Source: the human T2T-CHM13v2.0 reference genome, Homo sapiens | Length of the DNA: 64,000 bases | Direction: 5' to 3' (one strand) | Assembly (NCBI RefSeq): GCF_009914755.1 | Contig: NC_060937.1 | Shown: positions 15,201 through 28,014 of the stretch, one piece after another | Layout of the letters: the number at the start of each line of letters is the position of its first letter | Position numbering within the stretch: position 1 is the stretch's first letter | The notes under the pieces: generated by a model | Database searches by the model: none | What the model was told of the DNA's origin: nothing | Seen by the model: only the letters and a program-made list of their open reading frames with translations | Translations under genes and position numbers: made by a program

Positions 15201-18200
15201 CACATATCACAACGAAGTTTCTCAGAATCCTTCTGTGTAGTTTTTGTGTGAAGATATTTCCTTTTCCATCATAGGAGCAAATGGCTCCAAATATCCACTT
15301 GCAGATTCTACCAAAAGAGAGTTTCAAAACTTCTCTATCAAAAGATAGGTTCAACTCTGTGAGCTGAATGCACACATCTCAAAGAAGTTTCTCAGAATGC
15401 TTCTGTTCCTTTTTTATGTTAATATATTTCCTTCTACACCACAGGCCACAAAGGGCTCCCAATATCCACTTGCAGATTCTGCAAAATGAGAGTTTCAATA
15501 CTGCTCTGTCAAAAGATAGGTTCAACTACGTGAGCTGAATGCACACATCACAAAGAAGTTTCTCAGAATACTTCTGTGTAGTTTTTATGTAAAGATGTTT
15601 CATTTTCCACCATAGGCCTCAATGTGCTCCAAATTTCCACTTGCAGATTCTTCAAAAAGAGTGTTTCATAACTCCTCAATCAAAAGAAAGTTTCAACTCT
15701 GTGAGATGAATGAGCACATCACAAAGAAGTTTCTCACAATGCTTCTGTGCAGTTCTTATGTGAAGATATTTCCCTTCCCAACATAGGCCACAAAGGTCTC
15801 TAAATATCCCCTTGCAGATTCTACAAAAAGAGAGTTTCAAAACTGCTCTATCAAAATATATGTTCAACTCTGTGAGATGAATGCACACCTCAGAAACAAG
15901 TTTCTCAGAATGCTTCTCTGTAGTTTTTACGTGAAGATATCTCATTTTCCACCATAGGCCTCAACGTGCTCAAATACCACTTGCAGATTCTACAAAAAGA
16001 GTGTTTCAATACTGCTCAAGTCTAAAGAAAGGATCAACCCTGTGACACAAATGCACACAAAACAAAGAAGTGTCTCAGAATCCTTCTGTGTAGTTTGTAT
16101 GTGAAGATGTTACCTTTTCCACATTAGGCGACAAAGCACTCCAAATTTCCAATTGCAGATTCTACAAAAAGAGTGTTTCAAAACTACTCAATCAAATGAA
16201 AGGTTCAACTCTGTGAGCTGAATGTACACATCACAAGGAAGTTTCTCAGAATGTTTCTGTGTAGTTTTTAGAGGAAGATATTTCTTTTTCCACCACTGGC
16301 CACAATGGGCTCCAAATAATCACACACAGATTCTACAAAAAGACTGTTTCAAAACTGCTATATCAAAAGATCAGTACAATGCTGCGAGTTGAATGCACAC
16401 ATCACAAAGAAATTTCTCGGAATCCTTCTGTGTAGTTTTTATGTGAAGATATATCCCTTTCCACCATAGGCCTCAAAGCGCTCCATATATCCACTTGCAG
16501 ATTCTGTGAAAAAAGTGTCTCAAATCTGTTCAAACAATACAAAATTTAACACTCTGAGATGAATGCACACATTACAAAGAATTTTCCCAGAATACTTCTG
16601 TGTAGTTTTTAGGGGAACATATTTCCTTTTCCTCCATTGGCCACAAAGGGTTCCAAACAACCACATGCAGATTTTACAAAAAGAAAGTGCCAAAACTGCT
16701 CAATCAAAAGAAAGATTCAACTCTGTGAGATGAATGCACACATCACACGAAGTTTCTCAGAATGCTTCTGTGTTGTTTTTATGTGAAGATATTTCCTTTT
16801 CCACCATAGGCCTCTAAGTGCACCAACTATACACTTCCAGATTCTACAAAAAGAATGTTTTAAAACTGCTCAATCAAAAGAAAGTATCAACTCTGTGAGG
16901 AAATGCACACATCACAAAGAAGTTTCTCAGAATGATTCTGTGTAGTTTTTAAGTGAAGGTATTTACTTTTATACAATACGGCTCCAAGGGCTCCAAATAT
17001 TCACTTGCATTTCTACTGAAAGAATTTTTCCAAACTGCTCAATCAAAAGAATGGTTCAACTGTGTGAGATGAGTGCACACATCACAAAAAGTTTCTAAGC
17101 ATGCTTCTGTGTAGTTTTAGGGAAGGATATTTCCTTTTCCACCATTGGCCAAAAAGGGCTCCAAATATCCACTTGCACATTTTACATAAAGACAGTTTCA
17201 AAACTGCTCTATCAAAAGACATATTCAACTCTGTGAGTTGAATGCACACATCACAAAGAAGTTTCTCAGAATGCTTTTCTGTAGTTTTTATGTTAAGATA
17301 TTTCCTTTTCTACAATGGACTTCAAAGTGCTCCAAATATCCACTTGAAGATTCTATGAAAAGAGTTTTTCCAAACTTCTCAATCAGAAGAAAGGTTCAAC
17401 TCTGTGAGATGAATGCACAAATCACAACAAAGTTTCTCAAAATGCATCTGTGTAGTTTTTGTGTGAAGATATATCCTTTTCCACCATAGACCACAAAGAG
17501 CTCCAAATATCCACTTGCAGATTCTACAAAAAGAGAGTTTCAAAACTGCTCAAAAAAAAGATAGGTTCAACTCTGTCAGATGAATGCACACAAAACAAAG
17601 AAGTGTCTCAGAATGCTTCTGTGTAGTTTGTATGTGAAGATATTACCTTTTCCACATTAGGTGACAAAGCACTCCAAATTTCCAATTGCAGATGCTACAA
17701 AAAGAGTGTTTCAAAACTACTCAATCAAATGAAAGGTTCAACTCTGTGAGCTGAATATACACATCACAAAGAAGTTTCTCAGAATGTTTCTGTGTAGTTT
17801 TTAGAGAAAGACATTTCCTTTTCCACCATTGGCCACAAAGGGCTCCAAATAATCACACACAGATTCTACAAAAAGACTGTTTCAAAACTGCTATATCAAA
17901 AGATAAGTTCAACTTTGCAAGTTGAATGCACATATCACAAAGAAGTTTCTCAGAATCCCTCTGTGTAGAGTGTCTCAAAACTGCTCAAACAATAGAAACT
18001 TTAACACCATGAGATGAATGCATACATTACAAAGAAGTTTCTCAGAATGCTTCTGTGTAGTTTTTAGGGGTACATATTTCCTTTTCATCCATTGGCCACA
18101 AAGGGCTCCAAATAACCACATGCAGAATTTACACAAAGAAAGTTTCAAAACTACTCAATCAAAAGAAAGGTTCCACTCTATGAGATGAATACACACATCA

Positions 18201-21200
18201 CAACGAAGTTTCTCAGAATGCTTCCATGTTGTTTTTATGTGAAGCTATTTCCTTTTCCACCATAGGCCTCTAAGCGCACCAAATATCCACTTGCAGATTC
18301 TACAAAAAGAGAGTTTCAAAACTACTCAACTAAAAGAAAGGTTCAACTCTGTGAGATGAATGCACACATCACAGAGAAGTTTCTGAGAATGCTTCTGTTA
18401 ATTTTTATGTGAATATATTTCCTTTTCTACAAAGACCCCAAAGCTCTGCAAATATCCACTTGCAGATTCTACAAAAAGAGTGTTTCAAAACTCCTCAATC
18501 AAATGAAAGGTTCAAATATGTGAGCTAAATGCACACATGACAAAGAAGTTTCTCAGAATGCTTCTGTGTACTTTTTATGAGAAGATATTTCCTTTTCCAC
18601 CATAGGCCTCAAAGGGCTCCAAATATACACATGAAGATTCCAAAAAAAGACAGTTTCAAAACTCCTCTAACAAAAGATAGGTTCAACTCTGTGACTTGAA
18701 TGCACACATCAAAAGCAGTTTATCAGAATAATTCTGTGTAGTTTTTATGTGAAGATATTTCCTTTTCCACCAATGGCCAAAATGCCCTCCAAATATCCAC
18801 ATGCAGATTCTACGAAAAGAGTGTTTCCAATCTGCTCAAAAGAAAGGTTCAACTTTGTGAGATGAAAACACACATCACAAGGAAGTTTCTCAGAATGCTT
18901 CCATGCAGTTTTTATGTTAAGATATTTCTTTTTCCACCGTGGGTCATAAGGGCTCCAAATATCCCCTTGCAGGTTCTACAAAAAGAGAGTTTCAAAACTG
19001 CCGTATCAAAAGATAGGTTCAACTCTGTGAGATGAATACACACATCACAAAGAAGTTTCTCAGAATGCTTCTGCTTATTTTTTTGTGAAGATATTACCTT
19101 TTCCACCATATGCCTCCAAGTCCTCTAAATATGCACTTGCAGATTCTACAAAAAAAGAGATTCAAAATTACTCAATCAAAAGGAAGTTTCAACTCTGTGA
19201 GACGAATGCACACATCACAAAGAAGTTTCTCAGAATGCTTCTATGTAGTTTTTATGTGAAGATATTTCCTTTTCCACATTAGGCCTCCAAGGGCTCCAAA
19301 TATCCACTTGCAGATTCTACAAAAAGATTGTTTCCAAACTGCTCAATCAAAAGAAATTTTCAACACTGTGAGATGAATGCACACATCTCAAAGAAGTTTC
19401 TGATAATGCTTCTGTGCAGTTTTTATGTGAAGATGTTTCCTTTTCCACAATAGGCCTCACAGCACTCCAATTATACCCTTGCAGATCCCACAAAAAGAGT
19501 GTTTGAAAACTGCTCAATCAAATGAAAGTTTCACCTCTGTGAGAAGAATGCACACATCCCAAAGAAGTTTCTCAGAACGCTTCTGTGTAGTTTTTATATA
19601 AAGATATTTCCTTTTCCACCATAGGCCTCAAAGGGCTCCAAATATCCCCTTGCAGATTCTACAAAAAGAGAGTTTCAAAACTGCTCTATCAAAAGATAGG
19701 TTCAACTCTGTGTGATAAATGCACACATCCCAAACAAATTTCTCAGAATGCTTCTGTGTATTTTTTATGTGAAGATATTTCAATTTCCACCATAGGCCTC
19801 AAAGCTCTCCAATTATCCACTTGCAGATCCTACAAAAAGATTTTCAGAACTGCTCTATCAAAAGAAAAGTTCAACTCTGAGAGATGAATGCACACAAAAC
19901 AAAGAGGTTTTTGAGAATGCTTCTGTGTAGTTTTTCTGTGAAGTTATTTCCTTTTCCACAATAGGCCACAAAGAGCTCCAAATATCCCCTTGCAGATTCT
20001 ACAAAAAGAGAGTTTCAAAACTGCTCTATCAAAAGATAGGTTCAACTATGTGGTTTGAATGCACATATGAAAAAGCAGTTTCTCAGAATGCTTCTGTGTA
20101 GTTTTTATGAGAAGATATTTCCTTTACCCCAATAGGCCTCCAAGGGCTCCAAATATCCACTTGCAGATTCTATTAAAAGAGTGTTTCCAAACTGCTCAAT
20201 ATAATGAAAGTTTCAATACTGTGAGATGAATGCTCACATCAAAAATAAGTTTCTGAGAATGCTTCTGTGTACTTTTTATGTGAAGATATTTCCTTTTCAA
20301 CAATAGGCCTCAAAGAGCTCCAATTATACACTTGCAGATTCTACAAAAAGAGTGTTTGAAAACTGCTCAATCAAATGAAATATTCACCTCTGTGAGATGA
20401 ATGCACACATCACAAAGAAGTTCCTCAGAATACTTCTGTGTAGTTTTTATGTGAGGATGTTTCCTTTTCCAACATTGGCTGCAAAGGGCTCCAATTATCC
20501 AGTTGCAGATACCACAAAAAGAGAGTTTCCAAACTGCTCTATCAAAAGATAGGTTCAACTATGTGAGATGAATACACAAATCCCAAACAAGTTCCTCAGA
20601 ATGCTTCTGTGTAGTTATTATGTGAAGTTATTTCCATTTCAACCATTGACTTCTAAGCTCTCCAAATATCCTCTTACATATTCTACAAAAAGAGCGTTTC
20701 AAAACTGTCCAATCAAAAGAAATGTTCAACACTGGGAGATGAATGCACACATCTCAAAGAAGTTTCTCAGAATGCTTCTATCTGGTATTTATGTGAAGAT
20801 ATCTCCTTTTCCACCATAGGCTTCAAAGAGCTTCAAATGTCCACTTGCAGATCCCACAAAAAGAGATTTTCAAAACTGCTCAATCAAAAGAAATGTTTCA
20901 CACTGTGAGATAAATGAACACATCACAAGGAAGTTTCTCAGATTGCTTCTGTCTAGATTTTATGTGAAGATATTTCCTTTTCCACCATACGCCTCAAGGT
21001 GCTCGAAATGTCAACTTGCAGATACTTCAAAAAGAGGATTTCCAAACTGGTCATTCAAAAGAAACCTTCAACTCTGAGATATGAATGCACACATCACAAA
21101 AAAGTTTCTCAGAATGCTTCTATCTGGTTTTCATGTGAAGATATTTCCTTTTTCACCATAGACTTCAAAGTGCTCCAAATGTCCGATTACAGATTCTACA

Positions 21201-22266
21201 AAAAGAGAGTTTCAAACTGCTCAATCCAAAGAAAGGTTTAATTATGTGAGATAAATGAACACCTCACAAAGAAGTTTCTCAGATTGCTTCTATCTAGATT
21301 TTATGTGAAGTTATTTCCTTTTCTACCATAGGCCGCAAAGAGCTCCAAATCTCCACTTGCAAATTCTACAAAAAGACTGTTTCCAAACTGCTCAATCAAA
21401 AGAAAGGTTGAACTCTGTGAGATGAACGCACACATCGCCAAGAACTTTGTCAGAATTCTTCTGTCTAGTTTTTATGTGAAGATATTACCTTTTCCAAAAT
21501 AGGCCTCAAAAAGCTCCAAATGTCCACTTGCAGATACTACAAAAAGAGAGTTTCAATACTGCTCATTAAAAAAAAAAAAGCTTTAACTCTGTGAGAAGAA
21601 GGAACACATCAGAAAGAAATTTCTCAGATTGCTTCTGTCTAGATTTTATATGAAGATATTTCCTTCCTACCATTGGCCGCAAAGCACTCCAAATGTCCAC
21701 TTGCAGATTCTACAAAAAAAGATTTTCAAAACTGCCCAATCAAAAGGAAGGTTCAACGCCGTGAGTTGAACCCACCCATTACAAACAAGTTTCTCAAAAT
21801 TCTTTTCTCTAGTTTTTAGGTGAAGATATTTCCTTTTCCACCTTTGGCCTCAAAGTGCTCAAAATGTCCACTTGCGGATTTTACGAAAAGAGTTTCAAAA
21901 CTGCTCAATCAAAAGAAAGGTTTATCTCTGGGAGATGAATGCACACATAACAAAGGGGTTCCTCAGATTGCTACTGTCTAGATTTTATGTGAAGATATTT
22001 CCTTTTCTACCATAGGCCGCAAAGCGCTCCAAATGTCCACTTGTAGATTCTACAAAAAGAGTGTTTCCAAACTGCTCAATCAAAAGAAACGTTTACCTCC
22101 GTGAGATGAATGCACAAATCACAAAGAAGTTTCTCAGAAGTTTTCTGCCTAGTTTTTATGTGAAGATATTTCCTTTTCCACCACATGCCTCAAGGATCTC
22201 GAAACGTCCAATTGCAGATTCTTCAAAAAGAGTATTTCAAAACTCGTCCTTCAAAAGAAAGGTTCA
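12249..22266 (-). repeat. Monomeric alpha satellite; proximal layer to ~20.75 kb, then a second, dimer-like layer
   Basis: ~171-bp motifs continue. Diagnostic words change from CTGTGTAG/AAATATCCACT to CTGTCTAG/AAATGTCCACT from about 20770 onward. Confidence 0.97.
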
Positions 22267-23923
22267 GCTCTCCCTCTCCCTCTCCCTCTCCTCACGGTCT
22301 CCCTCTCCCTCTCCCCATGGTCTCCCTCTCCCTCTCTTTCCACTGTCTCCCTCTGATGTCGAGCCGAAGCTGGACTGTACTGCTGCCATCTCTGCTCACT
22401 GCAACCTCCCTGCCTGATTCTCCTGTCTCAGCCTGCTGAGTGCCTGCAATTGCAGGCGTGCGCCACCACGTCTGACTGGTTTTTGTATTTTTTTGGTGGA
22501 GACGGGGTTTCGCTGTGTTGGCTGGGCTGGTCTCCAGCTCCTAACCGCGAGTGATCTGCCAGCCTCGGCCTCCCGAGGTGCTGGGATTGCAGATGGAGTC
22601 TCATTCACTCAGTGCTCAATGTTGCCCAGGCTGGAGTGCAGTGGCATGATCTCGGCTCGCTACAACCTCCACCTCCCAGCCACCAGCCTTGGCCTCCCAA
22701 AGTGCCGAGATTGCAGTCTCTGCCCAGCCGCCACCCCATCTGGGAAGTGAGGAGCATCTCTGCCTGGCCGCCCATCGTCTGGGATGTGTGGAGCCCCTCA
22801 GCCTGGCTGCCCAGTCTGGGAAGTGAAGAGCACCTCTTCCCAGTTGCCATCCCATCTAGGAAGTGAGGAGCGTCTCTGCACAGACACCCATCGTCTGAGA
22901 TGTGGGGAGCGCCTCTGCCCCGCCACCCCATCTGGGATGTGAGGAGTGCCTCTGCCCAGCCACGACCCCGTCTGGGAGGTGAGGAGCGTTTCTGCCCGGC
23001 TGCCCCGTCTGAGAAGTGAGGAGCCCCTCTGCCCGGCAGCTGCCCCATCTGGGAAGTGAGGAGTGTCTCCGCCCGGCAGCCGCCCCGTCCAGGAGTGAGG
23101 TGGGGGGCAACCCCCACCCGGCAAGCCACCCTGTCTGGGAGGAAGGTGGGGGGCAGCCCCCGCCCAGCCAGCCGCCCCATCTGGGAGGAAGGTGGGGGGC
23201 AGCCCCCACCCGGCCAGCCACCCCGGCAGGGAGGGAGGTGGGGAGCAGCCCATGCCCGGCCAGCCACCCCATCCGGGAGGTGGGGGGCATCCCCCACCCG
23301 GCCAGCCACCCCATCCGGGAGGTGGGGGGCGCCTCTGCCCGGCCACCCCTTCTGGGAAGTGAGGAGCCCCTCTGCCCGGCCGCCACCCCGTCTGGGAGGT
23401 GTACCCAACAGCTCATTGAGAACAGGCCATGATGACGATGGTGGTTTGTCAAATAGAAAAGGGGGAAATGTGGGGAAAAGATAGAGAAATCAGATTGTTG
23501 CTGTGTCTGTGTAGAAAGAAGTAGACATAGACTCCATTTTGTTCTGTACTAAGAAAAATTCTTCTGCCCTGGGATGCTGTTGATCTGTGACCTTACACCC
23601 AACCCAGTGCTCTCTGAAACATGTGCTGTGTCCACTCAGGGTTAAATGGATTAAGGGCAGTGCAAGATGTACTTTGTTAAACAGATGCTTGAAGGCAGCA
23701 TGCTCGTTAAGAGTCATCACCACTCCCTAATCTCAAGTACCCAGGGACGCAAACACTGTGGAAGGCCTCAGGGTCCTCTGCCTAGGAAAACCAGAGACCT
23801 TTGTTCACTTGTTTATCTGCTGACCTTCCCTCCACTATTGTCCTATGACCCTGCCAAATCCCCCTCTGCGAGAAACACCCAAGAATGATCAATAAAAAAA
23901 AAAGAAAAAAAAACAACAAAAAC
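22267..23923 (+). mobile_element. Full-length SVA retrotransposon (SVA_C-like)
   Basis: (CCCTCT)n hexamers ~22268-22350, antisense Alu-like domain ~22351-22720, GC-rich VNTR ~22720-23400, SINE-R ~23400-23896 ending GAATGATCAATAAA, then an A-rich tail. The 14-bp TSD AAAAGAAAGGTTCA is at 22253-22266 and 24133-24146. SINE-R words (GATGACGATGG, GGAAATGTGGGGAAAAGATAGAGAAATCAGATTGTTGCTG, GATGCTGTTGATCT) resemble SVA_B/C rather than D-F as I recall them. Confidence 0.96.
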
Positions 23924-24128
23924 AAAAACTAGAAGAGTATAATTGGATGTTTGTAACACAAAGGATAATAAATACCTGAGGGAATGGATAGTCTATTTTC
24001 CATGCTGTGATTTTTACACCCTGCATGCCTGTATCAAAACATCTCATGTATCCATAAATATATATACCTACTAAATACCCACCAAAATTAAAAATTAAAA
24101 AATAAATAAAGTATACAAAATGAAAGGC
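23924..24128 (+). mobile_element. SVA 3'-transduced flank, an old L1MA-type 3'-end fragment
   Basis: Non-alphoid sequence sits between the SVA A-tail and the right TSD. AGAGTATAATTGGATGTTTGTAACACAAAGGATA...GCATGCCTGTATCAAAACATCTCATGTA resembles the L1MA1/2 3' end. AATAAATAAA at 24101-24110 is followed 18 nt later by a second A run at 24129. Confidence 0.85.
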
Positions 24129-24132
24129 AAAA

Positions 24133-27100
24133 AAAAGAAAGGTTCAACTCTGAGATATGACTGCACACATCACAAAGAAGTTTCTCAGAATACTTCTATC
24201 TAGTTTTCCTGTGAAGATATTTCCTTTTCCACCATAGACTGCAAAGCACTCCAAATGTCCACTTGCAGATTCTACAAAAACAGAGTTTCAAACTGCTCAA
24301 TCAAAAGAAAGTTTTAACTCTGTGAAGTGAATGCACAAATCACAATAAAAGTTTCTCAGATTGTTTCTGTCTAGATTTTATGTGAAGATATTTCCTTTTG
24401 TACCAAAGGATGCAAAGCCCTTCAAATGTCCACTTGCAGATTCTACAAAAGGAGAGTTTTCAAACTGCTCAATCAAAAGAAATTTTCAACTCTGTGAGAT
24501 AAACACAGACATCACAATGAAGTTTCTCAGAATTCTTCTATCTAGTTTTTATGTGAGGATATTTCCTTTTCCACCATAGGCCTCAAAGCGCTCCAAAAGT
24601 CCACTTGCAGATTCTACAAAAAGAGAATTTTAAACTACTCAATCAAAAGAAAGTTTTAACTCTGTGAGATGAATGCACACATCAAAAAGAAGTTTCTCAG
24701 ATTGCTTCTGTCTAGATTTTGTGTGAAGATATTTCCTTTTGTACCAAAGGATGCAAAGCCCTTCAAATGTCCACTTGCAGATTCTACAAAAAGAGAGTTT
24801 TCAAACTGCTCAATCAAAAGAAATTTTCAACGCTGTGAGATAAACACAGACATCACAATGAAGTTTCTCAGATTTCTTCTGTCTAGTTTTTATGTGAGGA
24901 TATTTCCTTTTCCACCATAGGCCTCAAAGCACTCCAAAAGTCCACTTGCAGATTCTACAAAAAGAGAATTTTAAACTACTCAATCAAAAGAAAATTTTTA
25001 ATTCTGTGAGATGAATGCACACATCAAAAATAAGTTTCTCAGATTGCTTCTGTCTAGATTTTATGTGAAGATACTTCCTTTTCTACCACAGCCCTCAAAG
25101 CGCTGCAAATGTCCACTTGTAGATTCTACAAAAAGTGTTTCCAAACTGCTCAATCAAAAGAAAGGTTAAACTCTGTAAGATGAACGCACGTATCACAAAG
25201 AAATTTCTCAGAATTCTTCTGTGTAGTTTTTATGTGAAGACGTTTCCTATTCCACCATAGGCCTTAAAGCGCTAAAAGTGTCCAATTGCAGGTTCTACAA
25301 AAAGAGAGTTTCAAAACTGTTCAATCAAAACAAAGGTTTAACTCTTTGATATGAATGCACACATCACAAAGAAATTTCTCAGATTGCTTCTGTCGAGATT
25401 TTATGTGATGGTATTTCATTTTATAACATAGGACGCAAAGCGCTCCAAATATCTACTTGCAGATTTTACATAAAGAGTTTTTCCAAACTGCTCACTCAAA
25501 ATAAAGGTTCACCTTTGTGTGATGAACGTACACATCACAATGAAGTTTCTCAGAAATCTTCAGTCTAGTTTTGATGTGAAGATATTTCCTTTTCCACCAT
25601 TGTCCTCAAAGTGCTCCAAATGTCCACTATCAGATTCTACAAAAAAGAGAGTTTCAAACTGTTCAATCACAGGAAAGGTTTAACACTGTGAGATGAATAC
25701 ACAAATCAAAAAGAAGTTTCTCAGTTTGCTTCTCTCTAGATTTTATGTGAAGATATTTCTTTCACTACCATAGGCCGCAAAGCACTCCAAATGTCCAATT
25801 GCAGATTCTACAAATAGAGTGTTTAAAACTGCTCAATCAAAAGAAAGGTTCAACCCTGTGAGATGAATGCCCACCTTACAAAAAAGTTTCTCAGAATTCT
25901 TCTGTCTTGTTTTATGTGAAGATATTTCCTTTTCTACCATAGGCCTCAAAGCTCCCAAAATGTCCACTTGTAGATTCTACAAAAAGAGTATTTCAAAACT
26001 GCTCAATGGAAAAATCTCCAAATCTGTGACATGCATGGACACATCACAAAGAATTTTCTCAGAATGCTTCTATCTAGTTTTTATGTGAAGATATTTCCTT
26101 TTCCAAAACAGGCCTCAAATTTCTCCCAATATCCACTTGCAGATTCTCAAAAAGAATGTTTCAAAACTGCTCAATCATAAGAAAATTTCAACTCTGTCAC
26201 GTGAATGCACACATGTCAAAGGAGTTGCTCAGAATGCTTCTGTCTAGTTTTTATGTGAAGATATTTTCTTTTCCACTTTAGACAGTATAGCACTCCAAAT
26301 ATCCACTTGCATATTCTACAAAAATAGTGTTTCCAAACTGCTCAACCAAAAGAAAGGTTCGAGCCTGTGAGATGAGTGCACACATCATAAAGAAGATTCT
26401 CAGAATGCTTCTATCTAGTTTTTATGTGAAGATATTTCCTTTTCCACCATAGGCCTCAAAGTGCTCCAAATGACCAATTGCAGATTCTACAAATGAGTTT
26501 TTCAAAACTGCTCAATCAAAAGAAAGGTTCAACTCTCTAAGATGAATTCACATATCACAAAGAATTTTCTCAGAATGATTCTGTCTAGTTTTTATGTGAA
26601 GATATTTCCTTTTCCACCATAGTCCACAAAGCGCTCCAAATGTCCTATTGCAGATTCTACAAGAGTGTTTCAAAACAGCTCAATCAAAAGTAAGGTTAAA
26701 TTCGGTGAGATGAATGCACACATCACAAAGAAGGTTCTCAGAATGCTTCTGTCTAGCACTTAAGTGAAGATATTTTCTTTTCCACCATAGGCCTCAAAAC
26801 ACTCCAAATGTCCTCTTGCAAATTCTACAAAACGTGTTTCAAAACTGATCAATCAAAAGAAAGTTCCAACTCTGTCAGATGAATGCACACATCCCAAATA
26901 AGTTTGTCAGAATGATTCGGTATAGTTTTTATGTGAAAATGTTTCCTTTTCCACCATAGCCTGCAAAGTGCTCCAAATGTCCACTTGCAGATTCTACAAA
27001 AAGAGTGTTTCAGAACTGCTCAATCGAAAGTAAGGTTCAAATCTGGAAGATAGATGCGCACATCCAAAAGAAGTTGGTCAGAATGATTCTATCTAGTTTT

Positions 27101-28014
27101 AATGTGAAGATGTTTCCTTTTCCACACTAGGCCTCACAGTGCTCAAAATGTCCACTTGCAGATTCTACAAAAAGAGTGTTTTGAAACTGCTCAATCAAAA
27201 TAAAATTTCAACACTGTGAGGTGAATGCACACATCACAAAGAAGTTTCGCACACATCACAAAGAAGTTTCTCAGAATGCTTCTGTTAAGTTTTTATGTGA
27301 AGATATTTCCTTTTCCACCGTAGGCCTGAACACTCTCCAAATATCTACTTGCCGATTCTACAAAAAGAGTGTTTCAAAACTGCTCAATGAAAAGAAACTT
27401 TCAAATCTGTGAGATGAATTCACACATCACAAAGAAGTTTGTCAGAATGTTTCTGTATAGTTTTTATATGAAGATACTTCCTTTTCCACCATAGGCTTCA
27501 AAGTGCTCCAAATTTCCACATGCAGATTGTACAAAGTCTTTCAAAGCCATTCAATCAAATGAAAGGTTCAAACCTGTGAGATGAATGCACACATCACAAA
27601 GAAATTTGTCAGAATGCTTCTGTCTAGCTTTTTTGAAGATATTTCCTTTTCCATCATATGATTCAAAGAGCTCCAAATGTCCACTTGCAGATAATACAAA
27701 AAGGGAGTTTCAAAGCTGCTGAATCAAAAGAAAGGTTCAATTCTTTGAGATGAATGCACATATCACAAAGAAGTTTGCAGAATGCTTCTGTTTAGTTTTC
27801 ATGTGAAGATTTTTTTTTCAACATATGCCTCAAATCGCTCCAAATGTCCACTTGCAGATCCTACAAAACGAGTGTTTCCAAACTGCTTAATAAAAAGAAA
27901 TGTTCAACTCTGTGAGAAGACCTCACACATCACAAAGAAGTTTCTCAGACTGCTTCTGTCTAGGTTTTATGTAAAGATATTTCCTTTTCCACCATAGGCC
28001 TCAAAGTGCTCCAA
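24133..28014 (-). repeat. Alpha satellite, distal layer(s): dimer-like to ~25.95 kb, monomeric after
   Basis: ~171-bp motifs with CTGTCTAG/AAATGTCCACT. The array ends mid-monomer at ...TCAAAGTGCTCCAA. Confidence 0.97.
24350..25070. repeat. Tandem duplication of a 341-bp alpha satellite dimer
   Basis: TACCAAAGGATGCAAAGCCCTTCAAATG occurs at 24401 and 24742. Near-identical ORFs end at 24579 and 24920. Confidence 0.92.

Noticed and set aside
22061-23888. GC-rich island with ORFs up to 267 aa
   Set aside because: Fully explained by the SVA Alu-like and VNTR domains; not a gene or CpG-island promoter.
23924-24128. Independent old L1MA insertion into alpha satellite
   Set aside because: It lies inside the SVA TSD pair and has no TSD of its own in alpha sequence; transduction is the simpler explanation.
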